DNA from: Hormiphora californensis
Lineage: Eukaryota; Animalia; Ctenophora
NCBI GenBank assembly: GCA_020137815.1
Contig: CM035350.1
Location: 7,626,001-7,690,000 of the forward strand
Length of the DNA stretch: 64,000 nucleotides
Reading direction: 5' to 3'
Shown here: in pieces, positions 11,636 through 22,810 of the stretch
Position numbering within the stretch: the first letter of the stretch is position 1
Layout: every line of letters starts with the position of its first letter
Position numbers and translations under genes: made by a program
The notes under the pieces: model-generated
The model's database searches: none
The model's input: only the letters and a program-made list of their open reading frames with translations
Told to the model about the DNA's origin: nothing

Positions 11636-13037
11636 AGTGAGAGTGGACCGGATCAGAATTGGACAAGTTCGTTGTAGGTAGTAGAGAATAGCTCTCTGAG
11701 CATTTTGCGTTTTTGCCGCTCAAAATCGACCCACCCATCACTGAGATATTTTTGTTATGTTGGGAGAATTCCTGCTGGATCAGTATTTATCAAACAGGAT
11801 AGAAACAATCCTTGTGTTTTACTAACACATTCTTTAAATTTTTAATATGCTGGCTTGCATTGCCCTGCTTCTGTGCATGGACATGTCAACCTCACTGCTT
11901 ATATTCAGAATGTGTTGGGGGGGGGTTCAACCTAAAAATTTCCATTTCCATTTGCCAAAATCCGGGTATCGATGGAAATTTTTAGAATTTTTTAGAAATT
12001 TTTAGAAGTTTTTAGTACTAAAAATTTCCAAAAATTTCTAAAAATTTCCAAAAATTTCCATTAATTTCCAAAAATTTCTAAAAATTTCCAAAAATTTCCA
12101 AAAATTTCCATTGACCAAGAAAAGAAAAACTAACAAAAACATGAAAATATACAAACACAGTTGTCGCAGAACTGGTTACTTTTCCTTACCTCTTGTGAGC
12201 ACTGAGCATCAATAAATCATTTAATAATAGGTCAAAAACATCGAGATCATATATTTTTTGGCAATCCGTACAATTTCTTCAGAAATCATAGATTCATTGG
12301 CCAACTAAGGCCAACTAAGGGCGTCTCGAAAACTTATTGAAAAGTAAGTTACCAAATAGCACAAGATACCTTACATTCCTTCGGACGGAATGCCTAATAC
12401 CGTAGTAGATCGGGTTTCTTAGCATACAAAATAGAAACTTTAAACTCTTTTTTAAGCTAGATCACTGTAGATCATGGATGTAGCTTGTATAACTAACTTA
12501 CTGTCGAAAACATGCAAAGATTACCTGTCATTAGCTTACAATTGGGTTACCGAAAAACTTCTAAAAACTTCTAAAAACTTCTAAAAACTTTAAAAATTTC
12601 TAAAAATTTCTAAAAATTTCTAAAAATTTCCATTTACTAAAAACTTCCAAAAATTTCCATCGTCCATAAATTTCTAAAAATTTCTAAAAATTTCTAAAAA
12701 TTTCCAAAAAATTCTAAAAATTTCCAAAAATTTCCAAAAATATCTAAAAATTTCTAAAAATTTCCAATATAAAATTTCCATTTGCCAAAAAAGTGGGTAT
12801 CAATGGAAATTTTTAGGGTTGAACCCCCCCCCCCCCCCCCCCATGTGTTAGTAAAACACTACGATTGTTTCTATTCTGTTTTATAGATACTGATTAAACA
12901 GGAGTTCTCCCAACATAACAAAAATATCTCAGTGATGGGTGGGTCGATTTTGAGCGGCAAAAACGCAAAATGCTCAGAAATCTAATCTCTACTACCTACA
13001 ACAAACTTGTCCAATTCTGATTCGGTCCACTCTCACT
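11636..13037. mobile_element. Kolobok-type MITE (TTAA TSD, AG..CT termini, ~200-bp TIRs)
   Basis: TTAA at 11632-11635 and 13038-13041; 11636-11830 is inverted at 12843-13037. Confidence 0.85.
11917..12842. mobile_element. Foldback-like element with poly-G/poly-C termini and internal AAAATTTC(C/T)A decamer arrays, nested in the Kolobok MITE
   Basis: GGGGGTTCAACC..GGTTGAACCCCC ends; 7-bp TSD ATGTGTT at 11910-11916 and 12843-12849. Confidence 0.8.
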
Positions 13038-13220
13038 TTAAGCTCTAAAGTTTGTAGAATTGCAGTGTTTGAATCAGTAAATCAATAAAACAGGCTATCA
13101 ATAAAACATGCTTTTTAGTATCTACCTGCATTTGGACTGGTCTTTGTCCATCACTAAAGAGTATGTCACACGGAACCCTAGGGTGTCGGAAGATGTCCTA
13201 ATGTAGTCGTTCAGGTTAAA

Positions 13221-14400
13221 AAAATGCTCCCCCTTAAAACCCGCCTTCATCATCTCATCAGTCATCCCGATCTTGTGGAGGAGCTTGATGATGGTCCGGG
13301 CTAGGCCTTTTCCGTCATTGCTGATGGGGACGGGTGCACCGATGAAGAATTGATGAGATTTCCCATCAGCCACAAACCGTATTACAACAATCAACCTATA
13401 ATTGTAGAGGAACAAGGGTTAGATATTGTAATATGTCTAGTCGCTTGCTTCAACTGTACTTCATACTTATATCAGTAGTTACTATGTAGTTAACTTAAAC
13501 TGACGTTTTCGCTAATTACCTCTTTCTCTTTTTGCTGGTATCCTTATCAGCTGTGAGAGTAAACGGGGTCGGCCACTTCGCAATTCCCGCCCTACATGAA
13601 TCCAACAAAACGCTGCTGCAGTTCCTTGGCGTTAACCACTGTCGGATAATGGGCACTATGCCCTTTATCGCCAACTTCAACCCCATACCGCTTCAATAGG
13701 GCAACCTGGTAGATGATCAACACACATTTAGGGGATTATCATTATGTTATCAACCCTCCTCAACCAGTTTTGTTCATATAATAAGTTATAGCGTTATAAT
13801 TTATTAGAGGTATTTCTTATTTCTTACTTGTTCAGGGTAAACACTGTATGGAATACAGTGTAGGACATCAAAATAAACTTGGGTCACAAGCCGGTGCCGA
13901 ATAGTGTGACCTAAATCCTTCTTCTTCTTCTTCTCCTTCTCTTCGTCCTCCTCATGCGTGATCCCAAACTTCCTCCAACTGTATCTCAGGTGGTTTCGGA
14001 GGTCAGCAGTATGGTTGTTCCAGGTAGGCGACCTCGGCATCCTTTTCAACCTACCGGATCTTTTGTCAAGTTTCTCGCCGTCTTGCGAGTTTGGAGAAAG
14101 TGTACTATACTCCTTGCACCAGTTGTTCGTCGCTTTATCATGCCCCTCGCAGTATGAACAATTCACACGGTTCGTTTCAGTGTCAAGCTGGAAATTGGAA
14201 TACAAAAGTTAGAACTCTTTTAATTCAATTCGTGGAAACAAAGTTGAAAGTAAATGAGTCATCACTGATCACAATTCTGATTTCACCGTAGATTGTCTAA
14301 CTTACCGAAAGAAACGGCAGGGCTTTTAGTAGTTCGGAGCGGCTTTCGGCTCTATGGAATCTACAGTCGCTCGGGCCCCCGGTGACAGAAAGATGAGTAT
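13221..14400 (-). pseudogene. Second hAT-like transposase fragment (N-terminal CxxC..H zinc finger to first catalytic region), intron-containing
   Basis: CSYC..LRNHL, FTLTADKDTSKKR and FFIGAP..DGKGLARTI; in-frame stop and abrupt junction at about 13220. Confidence 0.6.
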
Positions 14401-14449
14401 TTGAGTATTTTATACTGATGCACATTGATGCCCTTGAAAAGGAAAAAAT

Positions 14450-15850
14450 CCTTCACCAATGTCAGGGACTTTCAGGCACAAGATCACACGTTTCCTGGAA
14501 TAAAAAAGAATGTTAACAGTGAGCCTTGTAATCAAAATTTTCAATTTCAATAATTGAACATAACTCAATGTTTGCTAGTTTTTACCTGCATTTAGACTGA
14601 TCGGATCTTTGTCCATGACGATGGAATGGCACCGGGAAACCAAGTGTGCTGGCCGTTGTTTTTACGTAGTCAGTGAGATTATCCCGGAGAATCTCGTCAG
14701 CAGTGTCCACAATCTTCGGTGGAATCTCCCTGCTGGTATTCCCGATCTCAGCCTTGCAGTCGTGCAACGTGGCCATCAGATCCTCGTAAGCACGATACGA
14801 ACGCCCGTGGTTAACGTTGTACAGAGCCATCCCTTGCCAAGTTAGCCTGCATAGTTATCTATATCAGCACTTAGCACTTAACTCAATGAAAAATATTAAA
14901 TCGGACTAAAAGATACTTTGATTATATGATTAAATAGTAAACAATTTTACCTGTGTCGTCCTTTTCTTCTGCGCATCCAGGTACTTCTCTTCTTGTATCT
15001 CATGGGCAGCGTTGTCCAGGTGATGCCGAACTCGCTGAATCACTGCTGTCCACCTGGGTGCCCTGATGGGGCATCCCTTCTTCCCTGTTTGGCTGATGGT
15101 ATCAGGGACCTCATACCGGGTTGCCTTACACACCGCACAGACAATAAACTTTTCATCATCATCGTTCTTCTGTAAAATACAAGATGGGTTACCAGAAGTG
15201 GGTAATGGGTAGAGAGAGTTACGGGTTTGGGAATTGGGTGTTGCGAAATAGAGAAGGGAGAATTAATTAGTAAACTACCTCAAGCTTTAAAACTGCAGGT
15301 ATGCATGCTACCAATTCCTCTGGTGTATTTCCGTCCAATTTCAGTTGGCTCGCCCTCCCTACTCTGATTTTCTTTTTAGGTCTATCAGCTTGCAACTTCT
15401 TCACCATCTCCCTGAGCATGGCTATTTCCGAAGCCATCTCCTCTATTTTCTGAAGTAGTGCTGGGATTCCGTCCAATTTCTCGTCGAGAAGTTGGGATAC
15501 CGACTGCAGGAGGTCCATACCTGTGTTTAAAGAGACAACGATTACAGGGACGGACATAGAAACATCAAGAAAATGACAATAGGTGAGAATGATTTCTCTG
15601 TCAAAATCTCTCAGTCATGAGTCACATTTCATCGGTCATGTATAATGTATTTAATAATTTACCTTCCATCATCTGAATCTGATTTTCCTCATTCTCATCA
15701 GATCTGTTAGCAGCATCATGTTCCACCTCGACAACCTCCTCATTAGCACTCAAGTCACCCGGAACCTTATTAAACAGCTTCTTGGAAAGTCCGCCGGTGG
15801 TTTGTGGTAGCAGTTTCGTCTGGTTTTTCTCCTCGAATGGCAAATGTTGT
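14450..15850 (-). pseudogene. Third hAT-like transposase fragment (coiled coil, CAVC..H..H finger, MDKD..QSKCR), intron-containing
   Basis: Exon-like ORFs 15843-15660, 15520-15280, 15170-14950 and 14845-14585, then RVILCLKVPDIGEG, paralogous to KRTILCMKMPDIGEG at about 11600. Confidence 0.6.
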
Positions 15851-16149
15851 CCAACAGCAGGTATTTCCTCTGATCTGAGTTGGGACTTGGGTTATCTTGG
15901 GTTACCTATATGATTCGAAACCAACGGATGATAAGTTTTCAACTGGAGTTAGAAATACATTTGGACAACTAACCGGTGCATTTTTTCGATGTGCCTTTTC
16001 AAATTGAAAAGTAATGCACCATTATCGTCAAAGGAAGAGCAATACCCACATTTGAATTTTGACCTTCCGGGGGCCCTGGGTTTAGTCATGCTAAATAGTT
16101 AAACAGAAATTAGAGTTGGGAATAGGGGAATATAATGGTAGATGTTTCA

Positions 16150-16602
16150 CTTTCACTTTCATTGGCTTCCCGAAAGGTCACTGGAAACTTGGCAAGTGGG
16201 CAAAGGGGTTATGGCACGCTGGGGATGTGGGTATGGATGCCATTCATTAGATAGAGTCGTCGATTTCCAGTTTTTTCATCTTTTCGGGGCTTTTTTAATC
16301 TTTTTAGAGCGCCTTCTCCTTGTGATTCAGCACGTTTTTGACTGTTTCCATGGCAAGTCACGTGACTCTCTTTGATATACCCCCATATCCAGGCCAGTCT
16401 TTTTTGATCTTCCTGCAGTTCCGGGTGGTCAGTCAAGATCCGGTGGATGTGTTCTACAACATGGATGTTCACCACAGCCCCATCATAACTGGCCCCAATG
16501 AGATGCTGCATCAAATCAACCCTGGCCATGATGTTTGAAAGACTCTTGATAGCATCTTTCCCGGTCTGGGCCCAATCATGTTGAATCCACGGTGGATGGG
16601 CC
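16150..16602 (-). pseudogene. Fourth hAT-like transposase fragment
   Basis: LIGASYDGAVVNIHVVEHI..AWIW, paralogous to YVGGSFDGAVINVHFAEHV..LWVW at 11330-11430. Confidence 0.6.
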
Positions 16603-16703
16603 TAGATAAAAGATATTACAGACTAAAAAAATCCGAATTGCGATTTGAAATGTGCCATTGGTAGAACACAATTGAAACTTTGAAAATTGAATACTGTTAA
16701 TAA

Positions 16704-16924
16704 GACGGGTTAGGGCTGTTGTTAGGGTCGGGTTAGGGTTTTGTTTGGGGTTATCGGTTAGGGCTATCGATTCTTTATCAGATACCGTTTAGTTTACTCA
16801 AATCAGCCATGTGGTTGCGTGGCTATAGCCGTTTGAAAAAAGTCGGTCTAAGTGGTTTTAGGTGTACTTTTTTGGCAGCGCGCCTGTAAACACGCTGCAA
16901 AGCACCCAGATTATAATCGCGCCC
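16704..16924 (+). mobile_element. MITE family with internal GGGTTA-like repeats, copy A (left end missing)
   Basis: Inverted near-identical copy at 17472-17694; ends in CACCCAGATTATAATCG. Confidence 0.7.
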
Positions 16925-17024
16925 AGCGCTTTTCAACTTTTTGGAAAATCTTTTTTGCGTAAAAAAATCGATTCAAGATTTTATTTAAAGCCACGCGCGT
17001 AATTTTGCAACGGTTATGTAAACA

Positions 17025-17357
17025 AGAAGTGGAGCAGGGTTCCTTCACGCCCCTCGTATTCTCTACATCGGGTGGCTTTGCCGGAGAGGTAGGGAAAGTT
17101 TTGGAACGAGCGGCCAGGAAGATCTGTGACAGGCACAAGGAGTGTTACGCTGAAACCATGTCATTCATTCGTGAAAAGACACGATTCAGCTTATTGAGAT
17201 CAACACTTGTTGCGCTTAGGGGCACCAAGAGACGTGTGATCCCAGTCAGAGTGGAAGATATTGACTTTCGAGATACGTGAGCAGAGAGAGGGAGAATAAG
17301 TATATGAGGGTGTGTGGGTAATTTATTGTAATTTATTGCGTTTTCTTCATTTTGGAA
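17025..17357 (+). mobile_element. 5'-truncated CRE-clade non-LTR retrotransposon fragment (C-terminal restriction-like endonuclease region)
   Basis: EVEQGSFTPLVFSTSGG..RFSLLRS..LRGTK is typical of metazoan CRE elements; 12-bp TSD GTTATGTAAACA at 17013-17024 and 17358-17369. Confidence 0.8.
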
Positions 17358-17476
17358 GTTATGTAAACATTTCGCGCGTTACAATAAAATTCATCAATCG
17401 AAAAGTGAAAAATCATCGCGCGGCGAGAGGTTTTCGCATTTAAAAAAAAATATTTTGGAAACACTCAACACGGGCG

Positions 17477-17748
17477 CGATTATAATCTGGGTGCCTTGCA
17501 GCGAGTTTACAGGTGCGCGCTGCCAAAAAAGTACACCTAAAACCACTTAGACTGACTTTTTTCAAATGGCTATAGCCGCACAACCACATGGCCGATTTGA
17601 GTAAACTAAACGGTATCTGATAGAGAATCGATAGCCCTAACCGATAACCCCAAACCAAACCCTAACCCGACCCTAACAACAGCCCTAACCCGTCGCGCGC
17701 GCCAAAATCGATGAATTGTTAGCAATGAAAGGCACCCAGATTTTAACG
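17477..17748 (-). mobile_element. GGGTTA-containing MITE, copy B
   Basis: Bounded by AATCTGGGTG..CACCCAGATT inverted ends. Confidence 0.7.
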
Positions 17749-17828
17749 TTTTCCACTCAACACACGCGGTGTTCTTGAAAAGCGCTGCCTTATCCCGCGC
17801 TGCCAGGGGGCCAGCGGCGTTTGCCAAT

Positions 17829-18212
17829 AAGGAACCATAATAAAGTTCAAGAGCCTCCAAGAGCACCCAAGAGCGCACCCTATCGAAGAGAGACCACACC
17901 TGAGAGCGCACCATACCCAAAAGAGACCACATCCAAGAGCGCACCACCTCCAGAAGACACCACTTCAAGAGCGCACCACATCAAAGAGAGCTCCCCATCC
18001 AGAAGATACCACGCGCAGGGGACACCACGCGCAGAAGAGACCAGCGCGGCGTTGTATTTGCGCGTGCGGTATCTTCTGCGCGTGGTGTCCCCTGCGCGCG
18101 GTATCTTCTGGATGGGGAGCTCTCTTTGATGTGGTGCGCTCTCGGAGTGGTGTCTTTTGGAGGTGGTACGCTCTTGGATGGGGTGCGCTCTTGAACTTTA
18201 TTATGGTTCCTT
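17829..18212. mobile_element. Palindromic MITE with internal GAGCGCACCA subrepeats
   Basis: AAGGAACCATAATAAAGTTCAAGAGC is inverted at the right end; arms pair almost to the centre at about 18050. Confidence 0.8.
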
Positions 18213-18214
18213 AT

Positions 18215-18367
18215 GAGGGGCCGCCCCTCGGAAATGTTCAAGTCATGCACAATCAAGTCACGCCCACCAATCACAGCTCAGAACGCGCGGAGTGCTTCGC
18301 GCGTTCTGAGCTGTGATTGGTGGGCGTGACTTGATTGTGCATGACTTGAACATTTCCGAGGGGCCTC
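18215..18367. mobile_element. Perfect-hairpin mini-element, AT-flanked, ends related to the large elements at 39627 and 47490
   Basis: ~67-bp perfect arms 18223-18364; CTCGGAAATGTTCA shared with the TIR of the large elements. Confidence 0.75.
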
Positions 18368-18394
18368 ATGGTGCACCGTTCCTTTTCTGGCCAG

Positions 18395-19077
18395 CGTTAA
18401 AATCTGGGTGTTTTGGGAGTGCTAACAAACGGTTTTTTAGGGTTAGGGCTAAAGTAGGGTTAGGGTTAGGGTTGGGGTTTGGGTTGGGTTAGGCCTTGAC
18501 ATTCCCTACCAGATAAACTTTGAATCAGCCAAAACGGTTGAGTGGTTTGGCGGTTAGAGCCATTTTAACTTTCAACTTTTTTGGCAGCGCGCTCCTGTAA
18601 ACAGGCCTCCAAATGTTATATCCACATATTTCATTACTTCATCTTGGATAGCTTTCCGGGGATTCTAGATTGTTTACCTTCGCTGGATGGATACCGAGGG
18701 ACGTGAGGACACCTGACGTCAAGCTTTCCGGGGATTCTAGATTGTTTACCTACGCTGGATGGATACCGAGAGACATTATGACACCTGACGTCAAGCAACA
18801 TTCCCATAACACCTGCGTCAAATAACAACTTATTGTTAAGTCTACCGAGGAGAATCGGGGAGATATTTATACGAGGATACGAAGCGGAGAGGACACTCAT
18901 TAAGCACCCACTTGGACTCAAGAACCAAGAACGCAGATAAAACCCCTGACCTCTGACTGAAGGATACCTATCAGCTCATTTATTGCAAGTTAACATTGCC
19001 TTGCATAAACCGGTAGTTATACAAAACAGTAACCTACTCACCCACACCTTATCATACAAACCACCCAGATCGTAACG
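18395..19077 (+). mobile_element. GGGTTA-containing MITE, copy C (diverged), interrupted by an LTR-like insert
   Basis: CGTTAAAATCTGGGTG start, TTGGCAGCGCGC core; resumes as CAAACCACCCAGAT at 19057. Confidence 0.65.
18614..19056 (-). mobile_element. Probable solo LTR (Gypsy-like, 4-bp TSD CAAA) with an internal ~72-bp tandem duplication
   Basis: Insert splits MITE copy C; TGTTATA..TATCATA ends (right end imperfect); AATAAA on the - strand at about 18980. Confidence 0.5.
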
Positions 19078-19554
19078 GCGCCCTCCTTTTCTTACACTGC
19101 CTCATCTCTGTAGAATTGGGTGTGAACTTAAACATATGCAGAAAATCGATTCTTTATGTTCGCCCGTCGCCTATTCGGTGTTGAAAGGACTTAATGTCAA
19201 TTGAGTTTTGAACTTTTTTGCAACGGTCGAAAAGCGCTGCCTTATCCGCCCTGTCTTATCCAATGGATCAGTAGCATTTGCCAATTGCAACGGCAAAATT
19301 CACAATCGAGTTTTTATTCAATATAAAATCCTGTTTTTTTACCTCCATCCACAGGTTTGCTGTTAGCCGTTATGCCAAGGTTCATGCCCCTAATTTGCTA
19401 AATTGTGTTCGCCACCAGCGGACTACAGCCTCTATTATATTCTCTCTAGAAATTTTGTTACGAACTCACTACTCAGTACATTTACCACCCTGGTGGGCAC
19501 AATCGTCCCTGCTATTACTTCTGGGTAATGAATGATGTTCTGTTTATATCAGAG

Positions 19555-21038
19555 ATGAATCGATTATTTGGTACTGCTAAAGCAAAGGGTCCGGCGCCCA
19601 ATCTGACCGACAGCATTGCCTCTCTGGATGGAAGGGGAGATAGTGTGGAGAAGAAAATACAGAAACTTGATGTAAGTTTGTTAACATCTGCATTAAAAGA
19701 TAATAACACGATGTTAAGTTGTTTTTTATATCACAGTGTAATTCAATGTTCCGATTCAGGTCGAGTTGAAGCGATATTCAGATCAAATGAAGAAGATGCG
19801 AGATGGGCCTAGTAAGAATATGGTGAAGCAGAAGGCTCTGCGAGTACTTAAACAGAAGAGAGCTTACGAAGGTCAACTGGAGGGGATCAGAAACCAATCC
19901 TTCAATATGGAACAAACCAACTATACAACACAAATGCTCAAGGTATACTTTTCTATGTTAAATTATTGTTACATTTTTTCCCTGCCCGGGTGAATGCCGA
20001 AGGCATTCACCCGGATGCCTTTTTGCTTTGCAAAAAGGCATAGCAGGGTTAGAATTCGAAAGTGACATTTTGGTATACTAACTAATCGGTAGAGGGACCA
20101 TTTTGGTCACACTTTTGTTGCGATGGGCAACGGTGTAGCAACTAGAGCCGCGCACACAGTTACGAGCTGCTCCTTCATAAACCACTTCATTGGCACGTTT
20201 TCAGGAAATGTGTGGCGCGCAATGTGGCGGCGTGGCGCGCAATTTAGTGCTACTAAAACACAAGGATTTGCTCTATACTGTTTGTGTGATATATATAAAT
20301 GATCGGAATTCTCAGTCCCGCTTGCTGCTACAGCGGATCTAGTCATGAATTCCTTTCTTCATAGATTCACATGGCAGGGAAATTCAGCATTATGTTAGAA
20401 CATAATACAATTAATCTTGTTTTCTGTGTAGAGTGGGGACAATTCACAATCTATCTAGATTTCATCTAGCGAAATGGTGGTATGGTGCAGAAGAGTAATC
20501 AAAGTACGATGCTAATAATATTCATTTTCCCTCAGGATACGAAAGTCTCTGTAGACGCAATGAGTACAGGCCTGAAGGAGATGAAGAGGGAGTACAAGAA
20601 GGTTAACATTGATAAGATCCAAGATCTCCAGGACGACCTCCAGGATATGATGGAAGATGCCAACGAGATACAGGAGATTATGGGTACGTGATCTAGTATT
20701 AGCCCAAATGGGGGGGGGGGGTATTGCTTGCTGTGGTGTCTGTTCCTGCCGCAATCTGAGTTGCATTGGTCTAAATTCTCATCCTGTCAATGTATAACTG
20801 AGTGTGCCCTTTATTTAACCGTCCATATATCTCGCCAGGTCAGCAGTATGGTATGCCCGATATGGATGATGCTGATCTCGAGGCGGAACTAGATGCTTTA
20901 GGCGACACTATGTTTGATGACGACATGAGTTATTTGGACGAGGCCTCCGAAGTTCCCACCACCATTCCGGGCTCGAGTGGGCAAGAAGAACCGGCCGCTT
21001 CACAACTAGACGAATTCGGCCTCCCTGCCCTCTCTTGA
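19555..21038 (+). CDS. CHMP5: Charged multivesicular body protein 5 (Vps60, ESCRT-III), 4 exons
   Basis: MNRLFG.., [39 protein letters not shown] and DEFGLP; exons 19555-19671, 19760-19942, 20536-20683 and 20839-21038. Confidence 0.95.
19974..20423 (+). mobile_element. Helentron-associated (HINE/DINE-1-like) non-autonomous element in CHMP5 intron 2
   Basis: 5' subTIR TTTCCCTGCC with hairpins and a nearby GCAGGG; 3' subTIR GGCAGGGAAA, short hairpin and CTTGTT end within T runs. Confidence 0.6.
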
Positions 21039-21280
21039 TTTTATCTGTCAGACATTCTTTCTTGGACTATGTAAATTTGTGTTCATATACTGTTACTGTA
21101 GCGTCTCTAATGACTTTTATGCCCTTTTCTACACTTCAAGTAGTCGCAGATTATGTTTTAGTGATAACTGATAGACGAACTAACAAAATGAGGTTTATTG
21201 TAAGATTTCATTCTTCAAATTTGAATATTTTATCCCGAAAAAAAACAACCAAATTCTAACCAACCAACTTTTTATTTAGC

Positions 21281-22810
21281 ATGGATTTAGAAAGCACTGA
21301 AATCTTTGTTGATTTGGACTCTGCTCTCTGCCAAGCTCTCCAAGGTTCCTCAGTTCTCTTTCTCTCTCACTATATGGGTCACCGTGGTCTAGTAACACGT
21401 GATGCGGGATCCAACTTGGTGGCTAGCCCGGGATGTCGGAGTGACAACGTTCTGGTGTCAGGGGTGGCTAACACCTGCCGACATCTTATCCTCTCGGTAG
21501 ATCCCCGGCACCCCCTTCTCGGCCTTCACGCGGGCTGTCTGTCAGGTACTAAAGAAGTGAGTCCTTGGACCCGGTACCTAGAGGTGGAACTACCATGCCA
21601 ACTAAGTACTGCAATCACGGCTGAAGAGATAGGAAAGTGCCTGGGGAAGATCCAGGAGACCCTTGAGACCCCGTTTATTGGTCACAACCAGCGGAAGATC
21701 AGACAGGAGGCCATTAAACTTGGAATACTGCCAGATCATGGTGTGGTGTCTCATGATGAGTGGTTGGCATTGCCCATTATCAGGCCTTACGTACACGGTC
21801 TACATCTGGGGGCAACGGATCTCTTAGTTTTGGGAATGGTCCTTGTTAAACTTAGGACACTCAAATTGGAGGTGAGTGATATACCCGGGACTAAACTGTT
21901 ACAGGAATGGCTGGCGCGGGTTATGAAATGTTATGATGTTACCACTCTGACTTCGTTTTTCAATTCCCTTCACCTACCAGCTCACAGTGTTGCGTGTAGC
22001 TGTAATAGTCTTTCCACCGATGTATCTGCTGCAGTTCCACCGACTACATTGGATGAGGGTACCCTTACCAAGCTGGAAGAGCGGTTTGAGTACAGGGTGT
22101 TACCAAATATTGTAACCAACTGGGACGCCCTGAGTGTGCTACTCAAACCACAGCGGGGTAACAAAAACAATACCAACAAAATGCACCAGTTGGCCAGTAT
22201 TTTACGTGGTGTCCAGGGGTGTGTGGAAACCCTATCCTCAGTTGACCCAACAAGAACTCTGCGTATTGTCGACTTTTGTTCGGGAGCGGGTCATCTTGGT
22301 ATTTTCCTGGCCTACCACTTCCCGCAATGTGAGGTTTCCTTGGTCGAGACAAAGTGGGGATCTCTCCGGTACGCTAAGGAGAGGGTTGACAAGTTGGGGC
22401 TTTCCAATGTTACGGTGTGTTTGTGTCACCTAGCCCAGTTCACGGGGAGGTTTGATATTGGTGTTAGTCTCCACGCGTGTGGGTCTGCTACTGATGCGGT
22501 CCTGTCTCAGTGTGTCCGGGTTGGTGCTGCTGTGGTATCTTCTCCCTGTTGCTATGGCAAAATAACTCCCTCCCCTCCCACTCTGAGCTATCCCCGGAGT
22601 GATCTTGTTCAGGAGGTCCTATCAGAAAGTGCATACTACGCCACATCCCGGCAAGCGGACCACATGTCAGAAAATGAGAGGGCCATGAAGTGTATTGATA
22701 TCGATAGGTTGGAGTTTCTGAAAGATAACGGGTATCAGAGTGTGAGTATATCAAAACTGGAACCTCTTACTTGTTCTCCTAAAAACAATTTACTTGTTGC
22801 AGTGAAATGA
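21281..22810 (+). CDS. GSTCD: GST C-terminal domain-containing methyltransferase (GSTCD-like), single exon
   Basis: IVDFCSGAGHLG, GVSLHACGSATD, SPCCYG and CSPKNNLL motifs. Confidence 0.85.
   Translation: MDLESTEIFVDLDSALCQALQGSSVLFLSHYMGHRGLVTRDAGSNLVASPGCRSDNVLVSGVANTCRHLILSVDPRHPLLGLHAGCLSGTKEVSPWTRYLEVELPCQLSTAITAEEIGKCLGKIQETLETPFIGHNQRKIRQEAIKLGILPDHGVVSHDEWLALPIIRPYVHGLHLGATDLLVLGMVLVKLRTLKLEVSDIPGTKLLQEWLARVMKCYDVTTLTSFFNSLHLPAHSVACSCNSLSTDVSAAVPPTTLDEGTLTKLEERFEYRVLPNIVTNWDALSVLLKPQRGNKNNTNKMHQLASILRGVQGCVETLSSVDPTRTLRIVDFCSGAGHLGIFLAYHFPQCEVSLVETKWGSLRYAKERVDKLGLSNVTVCLCHLAQFTGRFDIGVSLHACGSATDAVLSQCVRVGAAVVSSPCCYGKITPSPPTLSYPRSDLVQEVLSESAYYATSRQADHMSENERAMKCIDIDRLEFLKDNGYQSVSISKLEPLTCSPKNNLLVAVK

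Larger units (their letters stand above)
4803..13220 (-). pseudogene. hAT-like (ZNF862/Tip100-type) transposase pseudogene fragment, interrupted by a MITE, a LINE and a Kolobok MITE
   Basis: Motifs YSLVMDKDQSKCR, GGSFDGA, WVWDGAD, KATGYLKVLTSKEFL and SDLLKR|PSLQFQSK. The frame is restored when the insertions and their TSDs are removed; other frameshifts remain. Confidence 0.7.

Noticed and set aside
16704-18492. True telomere or interstitial telomeric array
   Set aside because: The GGGTTA units are few, degenerate and embedded in a repeated MITE.
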